Made by a program: the position numbers and the translations under genes. From Dehalococcoidia bacterium (GTDB lineage Bacteria; Chloroflexota; Dehalococcoidia; UBA2979), in NCBI GenBank assembly GCA_029246995.1, contig JAQWMB010000027.1:107072-171071 (forward strand): DNA of 64,000 nucleotides, in the 5' to 3' direction. Numbering within the stretch: the stretch's first letter is position 1; each line of letters starts with the position of its first letter. The notes below the pieces were generated by a model. It searched no databases and was not told the DNA's origin. It saw nothing but the letters and a program-made list of their open reading frames with translations. This document shows positions 53,206 to 61,821 of the stretch, one piece after another.

Positions 53206-53979
53206 TTAATTTATATTTTCAAAATTTAGAGTCAATGCCATTTTTAAACAGCCAATAGTAATATTTTGTTGGACTAGTTTAGGTTCTTTAATAGGAATTT
53301 CTCTCCCTTTTGCTTTAAGCTCTTTGTCCAATAAAGAAATTATATCTTTAGATTGACTCTTATTAGTATCTATAATAATTAATCCAGTATCTAGTAGTAA
53401 TGCAGCTGCGGCAACTTTTTGAATTATTTCTTCAAGTCTTTTACCACCTAAATGCTGCATTTGCTTAACTTCATTAGAGATATCTAATTCTCCAGCTAAT
53501 TGCTCTTCACCACGGACGATTTGATTTTCTATCAGTAAAGATATATTGAAAAGATTCTGAAGCTCTACATAGATTATATTTTTTACACTTTGCGCAATGC
53601 CTTGCCAATTTTCTCCTATTAATGCATTGTTTATATGACTTTCAATACCAATTGGACAGTTAATATTATTTTTTAAAATATCGGAAATCGAAAAGTCTTC
53701 TAATTTTTTATTTATTGGTGATTTAACGATTTTCCCTGAAAGTGGGTCTACGTTCCCTGGAAAAGAAATTGCAATTGACTTACAGGATCTTTTTTTGTTT
53801 TCCATTCCAAGAGTTTTTGAAATAAGTCCACCAATTTCCCATGCAAAAGATTCTCGGTCAATATTTTTTAGTTGTAATTCAAATTTTTCTTGCAAATCAA
53901 TATTACAATCCTTGTCAGCAAGTGTGATTTCTGTAAGAGATTCATCAATATTAACTACTACAAAAGCATCTTCATTCAT
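53206..53979 (-). CDS. Divergent ROK/ASKHA-fold-like protein with degenerate motifs
   Basis: IAISFPGNVDPLSGKIV and HINNALIGENWQG resemble the ROK phosphate-1 and adenosine regions. The GxGxG/AGEIGH and Cys-rich Zn motifs are absent (…AGELDIS). Confidence 0.45.
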   Translation of the reverse strand: MNEDAFVVVNIDESLTEITLADKDCNIDLQEKFELQLKNIDRESFAWEIGGLISKTLGMENKKRSCKSIAISFPGNVDPLSGKIVKSPINKKLEDFSISDILKNNINCPIGIESHINNALIGENWQGIAQSVKNIIYVELQNLFNISLLIENQIVRGEEQLAGELDISNEVKQMQHLGGKRLEEIIQKVAAAALLLDTGLIIIDTNKSQSKDIISLLDKELKAKGREIPIKEPKLVQQNITIGCLKMALTLNFENIN

Positions 53980-54080
53980 TTAAAAAAATCCTTTTTTAAT
54001 TATTAAATATTAATTAATATTATAATCGAATGTATAGTTTAATTGAAAAAATATTGAGTATAATTATTTTTGAGTAATAT

Positions 54081-54974
54081 ATGAAATTCTATATAAACAA
54101 CAAACAATATGAAACTTCAGAGAAGCCATTAATTATGGGTATCTTAAATCTATCTATGGATTCTCCCATTGCTAGCTCTATATCATCAGTTGATAAGGCA
54201 GTTCAAAGATCGCATCAATTGATTGAAGATGGTGCAACTATTATTGATATTGGTGGTGATTCAACTAGTTCGATGGCTGATAACATTCCTTTAGAAAAAG
54301 AGTTATTGCTTATTGAAAAAGTAGTTAGTCAGCTACATGATGAAAAGATTATAACTTCAATAGATACGTGGAAATATCAAGTGGCGGAAGTTGCCGTAAA
54401 TGCTGGTGCAAGTATTGTTAATGATGTCACAGGATTCCGAGATCCAAAAATGGTTCAGGTTGTGAAAGAAAATTCTAAGATTGCTTTAGCAATGCACATG
54501 AGAGGAGAGCCAAAGCAACATTATGAAGTTGATCAGAACTATCAGTCAATTCAAAATGAAGTTTTTGATTATTTAAAACAACAAAATGCAATGCTGAATG
54601 ACTATGGAATCAATGACGTTTGGATTGATCCAGGTTTTGGTTTTGGTAAGTCTGCTAAAGATAACATTGCTCTATTTCATTCGATCGCAAATTACAAAAA
54701 ATTAAAACTGCCTGTAGTTATTTCTGCTTCAAGAAAAGGTTTTTTAGCAGAATTAATTGGCATGGGAAACACTCAGAAAGGTGATGAATTACTTGAAGCT
54801 ACAATGTTATTCAATATTCTATCTTTTTTGTTAGGCGCTGATATTCTTCGTGTTCATGATGTAAAAAAGATGAACACTACAATTGAAACATTACATGGTT
54901 TAGGAGGCTACCAGCATGATCCTGCCAAGCAATCAGATTATTACGGTGCATTAAAACAGCTATTTCAACTTTAA
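54081..54974 (+). CDS. folP: Dihydropteroate synthase
   Basis: IMGILNLSMDS, IIDIGGDST, SIDT, NDVTGF, DPGFGFGK, RVHDV. Confidence 0.92.
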   Translation: MKFYINNKQYETSEKPLIMGILNLSMDSPIASSISSVDKAVQRSHQLIEDGATIIDIGGDSTSSMADNIPLEKELLLIEKVVSQLHDEKIITSIDTWKYQVAEVAVNAGASIVNDVTGFRDPKMVQVVKENSKIALAMHMRGEPKQHYEVDQNYQSIQNEVFDYLKQQNAMLNDYGINDVWIDPGFGFGKSAKDNIALFHSIANYKKLKLPVVISASRKGFLAELIGMGNTQKGDELLEATMLFNILSFLLGADILRVHDVKKMNTTIETLHGLGGYQHDPAKQSDYYGALKQLFQL

Positions 54975-55208
54975 TTTGCTATAAATTGCATTTGAAATAG
55001 CTTCATGTTTATCTGGTTCTACAGGGATAGGTAATTGTTGCATTTCTGATATCAATATATCTTTGATTGCTTCAATTATCTCTGCGTCCAGTTTTTCTTC
55101 TTCCTGAATGTGGTTATTAATATTTTCAAAATCATAAAGTACAACTTGCCTGAAACCAAAATCCGCAACCGCTCTTTGAATGATTGTTTTAATTGTTTTA
55201 TTATTCAT
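54960..55208 (-). CDS. Small acidic helical protein (82 aa), translationally coupled to the SDR
   Basis: 4-nt start/stop overlap with 55205-55963. N-terminus IKTIIQRAVADFGFRQVVLYD loosely resembles NHLP/Nif11-type leader helices. Confidence 0.5.
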   Translation of the reverse strand: MNNKTIKTIIQRAVADFGFRQVVLYDFENINNHIQEEEKLDAEIIEAIKDILISEMQQLPIPVEPDKHEAISNAIYSKLKLK

Positions 55209-55963
55209 TGTGCTAAGCTACCTCCATTAATTTCAAAAAGTGAACCAGTGATATATGAAGCTTGATCAGAGCATAAAAATGCGACCATTGGTGCAATTTC
55301 TTCTGGGCGACCTGCTCGTTGCATTGGTATGCCTTTTTCCCATTTTTCAAATAATTCTTTGCTGCCAGTACTTCCTCTAGATTGCTGTGTATCTATTAGG
55401 CCAGGTACAATGCAATTGATTCTAATATTTTTTGTTGCAAATTCTAGGCTAACTGTTTTTGTAAGATGAATTATCCCTGCTTTTGTAACACCATATGCTA
55501 CAGAATTATACGACCCTTTAATCCCAGAACCAGATGAGAAATTAATTACTGAACCACCATTTTTTTCCATTAATGGAATGCCATATTTGCAACAAAGAAA
55601 TGTTCCTGTTAAATTGGTGCCTAAAGTTAAATTCCATTCAAATTCTGATGTTTCAGTCACTTTACCAGCATTAATTTTAATCCCTGCATTATTTATAAGA
55701 ATGTCTAATCTGGAATGTTTTTTGTTAATATTATGAAAAAAATCTTTTACCTCATCAATTTTTGAAATATCCAGTCGCATAAATGTAACATCAAGTTTGT
55801 TTGTTTGAAATTGTTTTGCTTCTGATTCACCAAGCGGAGCATTTCTATCGGCAAGAATTACTTGAGCACCACTTTCTGCTAACTCTCTGACAATTTCCCT
55901 GCCAATGCCAGTAGCTCCTCCTGTTACAACTGCTATTTTATTTTCTAATAATTTATTTGCCAT
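55205..55963 (-). CDS. Short-chain dehydrogenase/reductase (FabG-like)
   Basis: VTGGATGIGREI, NNAG, SS...YGVTKAG catalytic tetrad context. Confidence 0.9.
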   Translation of the reverse strand: MANKLLENKIAVVTGGATGIGREIVRELAESGAQVILADRNAPLGESEAKQFQTNKLDVTFMRLDISKIDEVKDFFHNINKKHSRLDILINNAGIKINAGKVTETSEFEWNLTLGTNLTGTFLCCKYGIPLMEKNGGSVINFSSGSGIKGSYNSVAYGVTKAGIIHLTKTVSLEFATKNIRINCIVPGLIDTQQSRGSTGSKELFEKWEKGIPMQRAGRPEEIAPMVAFLCSDQASYITGSLFEINGGSLAQ

Positions 55964-56040
55964 CGTGGTGTCTTTCTTGTATTTATTTTTGCTTTATATA
56001 TACTAAAATATAATTAAATAAATTAAAATAAGATAACATA

Positions 56041-57585
56041 ATGATTAATAACGATATAACTTTTGCAAACATCAGAACTCTATCTTCTTTAATGAAAAAT
56101 AAAGAAATATCACCTGTTGAATTAATAGACGCTTTTATAGAAAAAATAGAAAAATTAAATCCATCATTATCTGCATTTATTACTGTTACAAATGAATCAG
56201 CGTATAAATCAGCCCAACAAGTAGAAAAGTCAATTATGGATGGCAATCATAAAGGTATGTTGCATGGCATACCAATTGCTTTAAAAGATAATATTTTCAC
56301 TAATGGCATTTTAACAACTGCTGCTACACCAGGGCTCAAAGAACATATTCCAAACTATAGTGCAACTTGTTGGCAAAACTTTGAAGATGCTGGCGCTATT
56401 TTGATAGGAAAAACCATGTTACATGAATATGCTATTGCAGCATCTTTATGGTCAGACGGCTATGGTGCAGCTCGCAATCCTTGGGATCAAATTAAAACTA
56501 CTAATGGTTCTTCAAGTGGTTCAGCTGCTGCTGTAGCAGCAGGATTGAGTACGGTAGGCATTGGGACAGAAACAGGAGCTTCTGTGAGAAGGCCTGCTTC
56601 TTTTTGTGGATTAGTCAGCATGCTTGGTACATATGGAAGAATTAGTAGGTACGGAGTTATTCCAAATTCCTGGTCACTAGATCATGTAGGTATTATGACT
56701 AGAGAAGTTGACGATGCTCAAATTGTTTATGAAGCAATTGCAGGGCATGATCATAAAGATCCTACTTCTCTTCAACAAGATATCTATTCAAATAAAAACC
56801 TCAACCATGAATCTAATAATTTAATTGGTGCAATAATGTGGGATCATGTAGAAGGCTCTGTTGATGAAGATGTCTTGGTTGCAATGAAGGAAGTTGTACA
56901 AATATTACAAGAAGCTGGGGTTAAAATTATTGAAATGCAATCTCATGCTTTAGATTTTGCAGCACTTACTTCATCTATAATAATGAAATCAGAAGTCACA
57001 GCAGCACACAGCCATGCTTTGCAATTAGCTCCTGAAAATTATTCTGATTCATTGCGTACATTGTTGTTGGCTGGACGAGATAATAAAACGGAAGATTATT
57101 TATTGGCTTTACAAGCGAGAAGATTAATTCATAATGAAGTTAAAGGATTTTTTGAAGATATAGATTTTATTATAGCTCCATCAACTGCCACAGTAGCAAC
57201 AAATATTGTTGATGGATTTAGTGCAATGAGAGATCGACCATTTGAGGTAGGTGGAAATTGGCATAATCTACATCGAGTTTCTTCATTGTTAGGCCTACCG
57301 ACTATCTCCTTGCCTCACTCTCTAAATACTGATGGATTACCGACAAGTGTACAATTTATTTTTGATCATCATGAAGAAAAAAAATTGTTTGAATTTTCCA
57401 AATTTTATCGATCAATACAACCCTGGGACAAGAGCCCATCTTTAGAGTATGACTCATCTGAGATGATCAAAGAGCAAGATATTGATAAAGGGGGGCAAGT
57501 TAAGCCAGATCCTAATTTTTTGCATAAACAAACCATTGCTTTAAACGAACTAGTCATTGATCCATTTACTGAACCATTGTTTTAG
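56041..57585 (+). CDS. Amidase-signature (GatA-like) amidase
   Basis: GIPIALKDNI (Lys) and GSSSGSAAAVAAGL...GTETGASVRRPA (cis-Ser-Ser). Confidence 0.9.
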   Translation: MINNDITFANIRTLSSLMKNKEISPVELIDAFIEKIEKLNPSLSAFITVTNESAYKSAQQVEKSIMDGNHKGMLHGIPIALKDNIFTNGILTTAATPGLKEHIPNYSATCWQNFEDAGAILIGKTMLHEYAIAASLWSDGYGAARNPWDQIKTTNGSSSGSAAAVAAGLSTVGIGTETGASVRRPASFCGLVSMLGTYGRISRYGVIPNSWSLDHVGIMTREVDDAQIVYEAIAGHDHKDPTSLQQDIYSNKNLNHESNNLIGAIMWDHVEGSVDEDVLVAMKEVVQILQEAGVKIIEMQSHALDFAALTSSIIMKSEVTAAHSHALQLAPENYSDSLRTLLLAGRDNKTEDYLLALQARRLIHNEVKGFFEDIDFIIAPSTATVATNIVDGFSAMRDRPFEVGGNWHNLHRVSSLLGLPTISLPHSLNTDGLPTSVQFIFDHHEEKKLFEFSKFYRSIQPWDKSPSLEYDSSEMIKEQDIDKGGQVKPDPNFLHKQTIALNELVIDPFTEPLF

Positions 57586-57592
57586 GTAAGTG

Positions 57593-58561
57593 CTATATTT
57601 TAATGACAACTCTTCCAAATGCTTTTCTTGATTCAGCATATTGATGTGCTTTAATTGCCTCATTAAAGTTAAATACCTTGTCTATATATACTTTAAAATT
57701 TTTGCTCGCAATATTATTGAGAATATTATTTACTAAGTCATATACTCTTGTAAAATTTTTTGATTGTTCAGAGGCTAGCAGTATGCCATTAAAAGATATA
57801 TTTTTCTTCATCAACAATGTAATATCAATCTGATTATCACTTCTACTAGCATTCCCAACCGAAATAACTTTTCCGCGATACTTTGTAGCATCAATTGCTT
57901 GCTCTAAGGCTTGGCCACCAACTGGATCAATTGCTAAATCAACACCTATGCTATTCGTTATTCTTTTTACCTCATCAACAACATCATTTTTTGTATGAAC
58001 AATAATATCATTGACCCCAATTTCTTTTAATTTAGAGACTTTTTTTTCGTCTGACACTGTTCCAATTATATGAGCTTTATGCCGGTGAGCAAATTGAGCA
58101 ATAGCAATGCCGAGACCCCCAGATATGCCATTCACTAGGATGGTTTGCCCCTTATCTAAATGACCAAATTCAAATAAACAGTCATGAGCTGTTGCAAAGG
58201 TGACAGGTATGCTAGCAGCTTCTTCAAAGCTAATATTTTCTGGCATATACCATGCTGCTTTGGCAGGTACAGATCGTAATTCAGCATGAGATCCGTTGCC
58301 ACTCATTGCAACAACGCGATCACCTACTGAAAAATTACTTACTTCTGAACCTACTTCAATTATAATGCCAGCAGATTGATAGCCAATTACATAAGGTGCT
58401 TCTCCGATTGGTCCAAGTGCTCTTGCTCTAAGATCTCCTCCTTCAATACTAATTGCTTTGTTTTTAATAATGATTCCTTTTGGATGACATTGAGGATCTG
58501 GGATTTCTTCTATTTGTAGGTTAGAAGGCGGACCAAATTCATTTAATGTAATTGCTTGCAT
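57593..58561 (-). CDS. Zn-independent medium-chain dehydrogenase (quinone oxidoreductase-like)
   Basis: MQAITLNEFGPPSNL, NGISGGLGIAIAQFA NAD(P) fold, C-terminal GRVVIKI. Start taken at 58561, just after the RidA-fusion stop. Confidence 0.85.
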   Translation of the reverse strand: MQAITLNEFGPPSNLQIEEIPDPQCHPKGIIIKNKAISIEGGDLRARALGPIGEAPYVIGYQSAGIIIEVGSEVSNFSVGDRVVAMSGNGSHAELRSVPAKAAWYMPENISFEEAASIPVTFATAHDCLFEFGHLDKGQTILVNGISGGLGIAIAQFAHRHKAHIIGTVSDEKKVSKLKEIGVNDIIVHTKNDVVDEVKRITNSIGVDLAIDPVGGQALEQAIDATKYRGKVISVGNASRSDNQIDITLLMKKNISFNGILLASEQSKNFTRVYDLVNNILNNIASKNFKVYIDKVFNFNEAIKAHQYAESRKAFGRVVIKI

Positions 58562-58562
58562 A

Positions 58563-59804
58563 CTATTCTCCAATAACATAAGTACCAATTTTTTTAGCAT
58601 TTGGCACTGCAAAAACTTCAATTTCAATCAATAATCCATATTGCGCTAAGCCTCCTTGAAATGTAGTTCGCGTAGGATACGGAGGCGTAAAGTAAGATTC
58701 ATAAACTGAGTTAAATTCTTCATAATGCCTCCAGTCTACCAACGTAACTATTGATTTTACGATATCTTCTGCGCTTGAACCAAGTATTTCTAAGGCATTA
58801 CTAATGCCATCCATGATCGCTTTAGTTTGCGCTTTAATATCACCTGGACCTACTAGCTTACCCTCTAAGTCCGTTGCAACCATTCCTGAGATAGAGATAA
58901 ATTCATCAGTACGAATACCGGCACAATGAGGTGCTACTCCAGGTGTCAATCGATCATCTAAAGTAACATTTGGTCTATCAGATTTAGTTTGGTATTGACC
59001 TGTAATTGCTGTATCTACATACCTTCTTTCTTGGTTTACTATTGCCATAACATCAAATTCAATCAACCTATCTGGGTCTGATAATGTCCCTTGAATGGAG
59101 GCTCGTGTTGGATATGGCTGACCATAAAATTCAGCGTAAATCTCGTTGTATTTATCAAAATCTCTCCAATCAACAATTGTTGTATGATTTTTGATCACAT
59201 CTCTTGGAGTAGCACCAACTTGTTCCAATCCAATGCGCACCCATTCTAATGCTTGTCGTGTTTGAGCCTGGATGTCACCTTTTTTTATTACCTTGCCATT
59301 TTTATCGATGCCAGCAAATCCAGATAAAAAGACATAATCATCGATTTGTACAATAGCTGGCATATTGCCAAAACCTGATAAATCAGGAATATTTATTCTT
59401 TTAACATTTTTTTTCGTCGTTCCTATGCAATCAATTTCTATCAAAAAGCCATTATTTAATAATCCTTGGCCGGATATTGAAATTGCAGGCAACTGATCGC
59501 AGTTTTTTGTTAAAACTTCTTCAAGGTGTTCGAATTGATCCCAAGATGATAGATAGGAATTCATTTTAAGTATATCTATATTATCTACTTCTAGAACCTT
59601 GCTAATGCCATTGATATTATTGAAAATTTGATCTACTTGAGGTTTTAGAGATGGTTTTCCTGCATTATTACCTACTACCTCTTTTTTATTACGGTTAAAT
59701 CCTAATGTGCCTGATACAAAAACAAAGTCATTTATATGTATTGCATTGCTATATGGGCCGAGACCTATAGGTATGTGCTTGCTTTTGATTGTTTTTGTTT
59801 GCAT
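58563..59804 (-). CDS. Triple tandem RidA/YjgF/TdcF-domain protein
   Basis: Three modules of about 128-155 aa, each with PYSNAI/…FLSG…/…IE(I/F)(D/E) patterns. Modules 2 and 3 keep YPTR(A/T). Module 1 has LPAIS at that position. Confidence 0.85.
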   Translation of the reverse strand: MQTKTIKSKHIPIGLGPYSNAIHINDFVFVSGTLGFNRNKKEVVGNNAGKPSLKPQVDQIFNNINGISKVLEVDNIDILKMNSYLSSWDQFEHLEEVLTKNCDQLPAISISGQGLLNNGFLIEIDCIGTTKKNVKRINIPDLSGFGNMPAIVQIDDYVFLSGFAGIDKNGKVIKKGDIQAQTRQALEWVRIGLEQVGATPRDVIKNHTTIVDWRDFDKYNEIYAEFYGQPYPTRASIQGTLSDPDRLIEFDVMAIVNQERRYVDTAITGQYQTKSDRPNVTLDDRLTPGVAPHCAGIRTDEFISISGMVATDLEGKLVGPGDIKAQTKAIMDGISNALEILGSSAEDIVKSIVTLVDWRHYEEFNSVYESYFTPPYPTRTTFQGGLAQYGLLIEIEVFAVPNAKKIGTYVIGE

Positions 59805-59898
59805 AAAATCTCCTTTGTAGATTAAAAATGGTGTTGCATTTCTTTAGATTACTTTTTTTATTTAACTATGCTAGTCTTAAATTATAATCAATAAGAGT

Positions 59899-60777
59899 AT
59901 GCCTGTGAATATTAATCGACGTGAACTGGAAAAAAAAATTAAACTTTGGATTGATCTTGAAGCTCAATCTGATGGTCCATTTGAAATAGTTTATGAATTT
60001 ATTAACGATAGAGAAGAAAAATTTGCACGTTGGATTGTAATGGCTAATGCTGTCCATGAAAAATTTCAATTTTCTATGAATGATGAGATTGCTTGGCATG
60101 AATTTAAAAAACCACTTAATGAAAGTAGGATTAGTTTATTGACCACTGCTGGCGTGAGGCATAAATCTGATAAACCATTTATTACTGATTGCGAAAATAC
60201 TGATTCAAGCCATAGGATGCTTTCAAAAAATAGTTCGAACAAAGATTTTGCTATAGATCATTTGCATTATGATCACAGGCAAGCTGATCAAGATATCAAC
60301 TGTGTTTTTCCTATAGATGCATTGCATGTTTTACATCAAGAGGGAGTTATAGGATCAGTTGCCAATCATCATTTTGGATTAATGGGTTGTATTTCTAACA
60401 CAGATCTCTTAATTAAAAAAACAATCCCAGAGATTATGAATACATTAGTTGAAGACTCTGTAGATTGTGTTGTGTTGACACCTGGTTGATGGTTATGCCA
60501 TCGGTCAGTTGGACTGATACAAAATGCTATAGAAGATATTGGTATTACGACAATATCGGTTACAATGAAACCAGAAATAACTAGTCATGTCCAAGTTCCA
60601 CGTGCTGCATATATTCGGTTTCCATTAGGGAATCCAATAGGAGAATCATTTAAAAAAAATGATCAAAAAATTATACTTTCCGATTTATTAAAACTCTGTA
60701 AAACTATAAAATCTCCTGGAACGATATTTGAGTTGCCTTATCGATGGAAAAGGACCATTCAATCATTTTTGGAGTAA
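59899..60777 (+). CDS. GrdB/PrdB-family (glycine/sarcosine/betaine/proline reductase selenoprotein B-like) protein with in-frame TGA at 60487-60489 (probable selenocysteine)
   Basis: The two listed ORFs are in one frame (666-nt offset), separated only by one TGA. Read-through gives DCVVLTPG-U-WLCHRSVGLIQNAIEDIGITTISVTMKPE...PRAAYIRFPLGNPIGE. DINCVFPIDALHVLHQEGVIGS is also family-typical. Confidence 0.75.
60504..60518 (+). promoter_or_regulatory. Candidate bacterial SECIS hairpin
   Basis: GUCAGU-UGG-ACUGAU (5 Watson-Crick pairs plus 1 G-U). It begins 15 nt after the UGA and has G/U in the apical loop. Confidence 0.4.
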
Positions 60778-60786
60778 TTTATAATT

Positions 60787-61035
60787 ATGAATTTCACACA
60801 TAGAGATAAAGTTGAGAATATAGAAAATATTATTAATGAATTAATTGATAGCACTGAAATCTATTTAAATTACCTGCATATTCAAAAAAAACATCAAGAT
60901 GTAAAATACCATCGGACTCTTAATCTGGCTATTAAAGAAGCAGATGATTTAAATGAAGCATTGGGTTCTATTATTATGGATAGGCTAGTAAGAATAAAAG
61001 ACAGACAGATTATTTTGGATAAAATGAATGAATAA
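60787..61035 (+). CDS. Small helical hypothetical protein (82 aa)
   Basis: GGAG upstream. 8-nt overlap (ATGAATGAATAA) with the downstream LipL-like gene, so it is operonic. Confidence 0.55.
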   Translation: MNFTHRDKVENIENIINELIDSTEIYLNYLHIQKKHQDVKYHRTLNLAIKEADDLNEALGSIIMDRLVRIKDRQIILDKMNE

Positions 61036-61786
61036 TCAAAATATCTTTTTTTCTCAAGAAAAATTTTCCATTGATGAATTGCCTGCTCTCGACATTGCTG
61101 TATCAAGATTATTACTAGATAAAGTAAATTCTAATGAGTATTCTTCATTATTAAGATTGTATGAAGGTCATACGCAAGTTGCTTTTGGTCCGTCAGATAT
61201 AAGAAAGCCAGGCTACCAGCTTGCAGTGCAGGAAGCAAAGAAGAAAAAATTCTTTGTAGTTAATAGATTAACTGGCGGACATGCTGTTACATTCCATGAT
61301 GGCATTCTTGCTTTTGCATTCATGTTTCATGATCGGGAAGCACGATCAAAAATGCATTATTATTTCAATTTTGTCAGTAGTATTTTACAAGATGCTTTGG
61401 GTAGTTTGGGGTTTGCGTGCAACGTTGGCGAATTGACTGGTGAATATTGTCCAGGTCAATATAGCATAAATATTGAAAATAAAATTAAGATTGCAGGTAT
61501 TGCTCAGAGAATTGTAGCTAATGCAGTTTATGTAGGTGGCTTTATTGCTGTCAGTAATGCTGATTTAATTAAAGAGATCTTAGTACCTGTGTATAGTCAC
61601 CTTGAGATAGATTGGAATCCAAATACTGTTGGTAGTTTAGAGAATTATAAAAGTGACATTAAAAAAAATGACGTCATTGATGCTATTAAAAACAGATTGA
61701 GTTCTTTTTATACAATTAAGCAATTATCGATTGAACAAGCATTAATTCAAGATGCTAGCAAAGATCAATCAAAGTACTGTAATTAG
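61028..61786 (+). CDS. BPL/LplA/LipB-family protein, LipL/LipM-like octanoyl/lipoyl transferase
   Basis: NRLTGGHAVTFHDGILAFAFMF (RxxGGxAV) and GEYCPGQYSINIENKIKIAGIAQR (YCPG Cys plus K-x-AG-x-AQR), as recalled for Bacillus LipL/LipM. Confidence 0.7.
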   Translation: MNNQNIFFSQEKFSIDELPALDIAVSRLLLDKVNSNEYSSLLRLYEGHTQVAFGPSDIRKPGYQLAVQEAKKKKFFVVNRLTGGHAVTFHDGILAFAFMFHDREARSKMHYYFNFVSSILQDALGSLGFACNVGELTGEYCPGQYSINIENKIKIAGIAQRIVANAVYVGGFIAVSNADLIKEILVPVYSHLEIDWNPNTVGSLENYKSDIKKNDVIDAIKNRLSSFYTIKQLSIEQALIQDASKDQSKYCN

Positions 61787-61821
61787 AATAGTAAATATAA
61801 ATACTGTGATGGCTACTTACT

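Noticed and set aside
54960-55208. A RiPP precursor (NHLP-type) with the adjacent SDR as tailoring enzyme.
   Set aside because: There is no Cys/Ser/Thr-rich core, no double-glycine site, and no cyclodehydratase, radical SAM enzyme, lanthionine synthetase or C39-peptidase exporter anywhere in the window.
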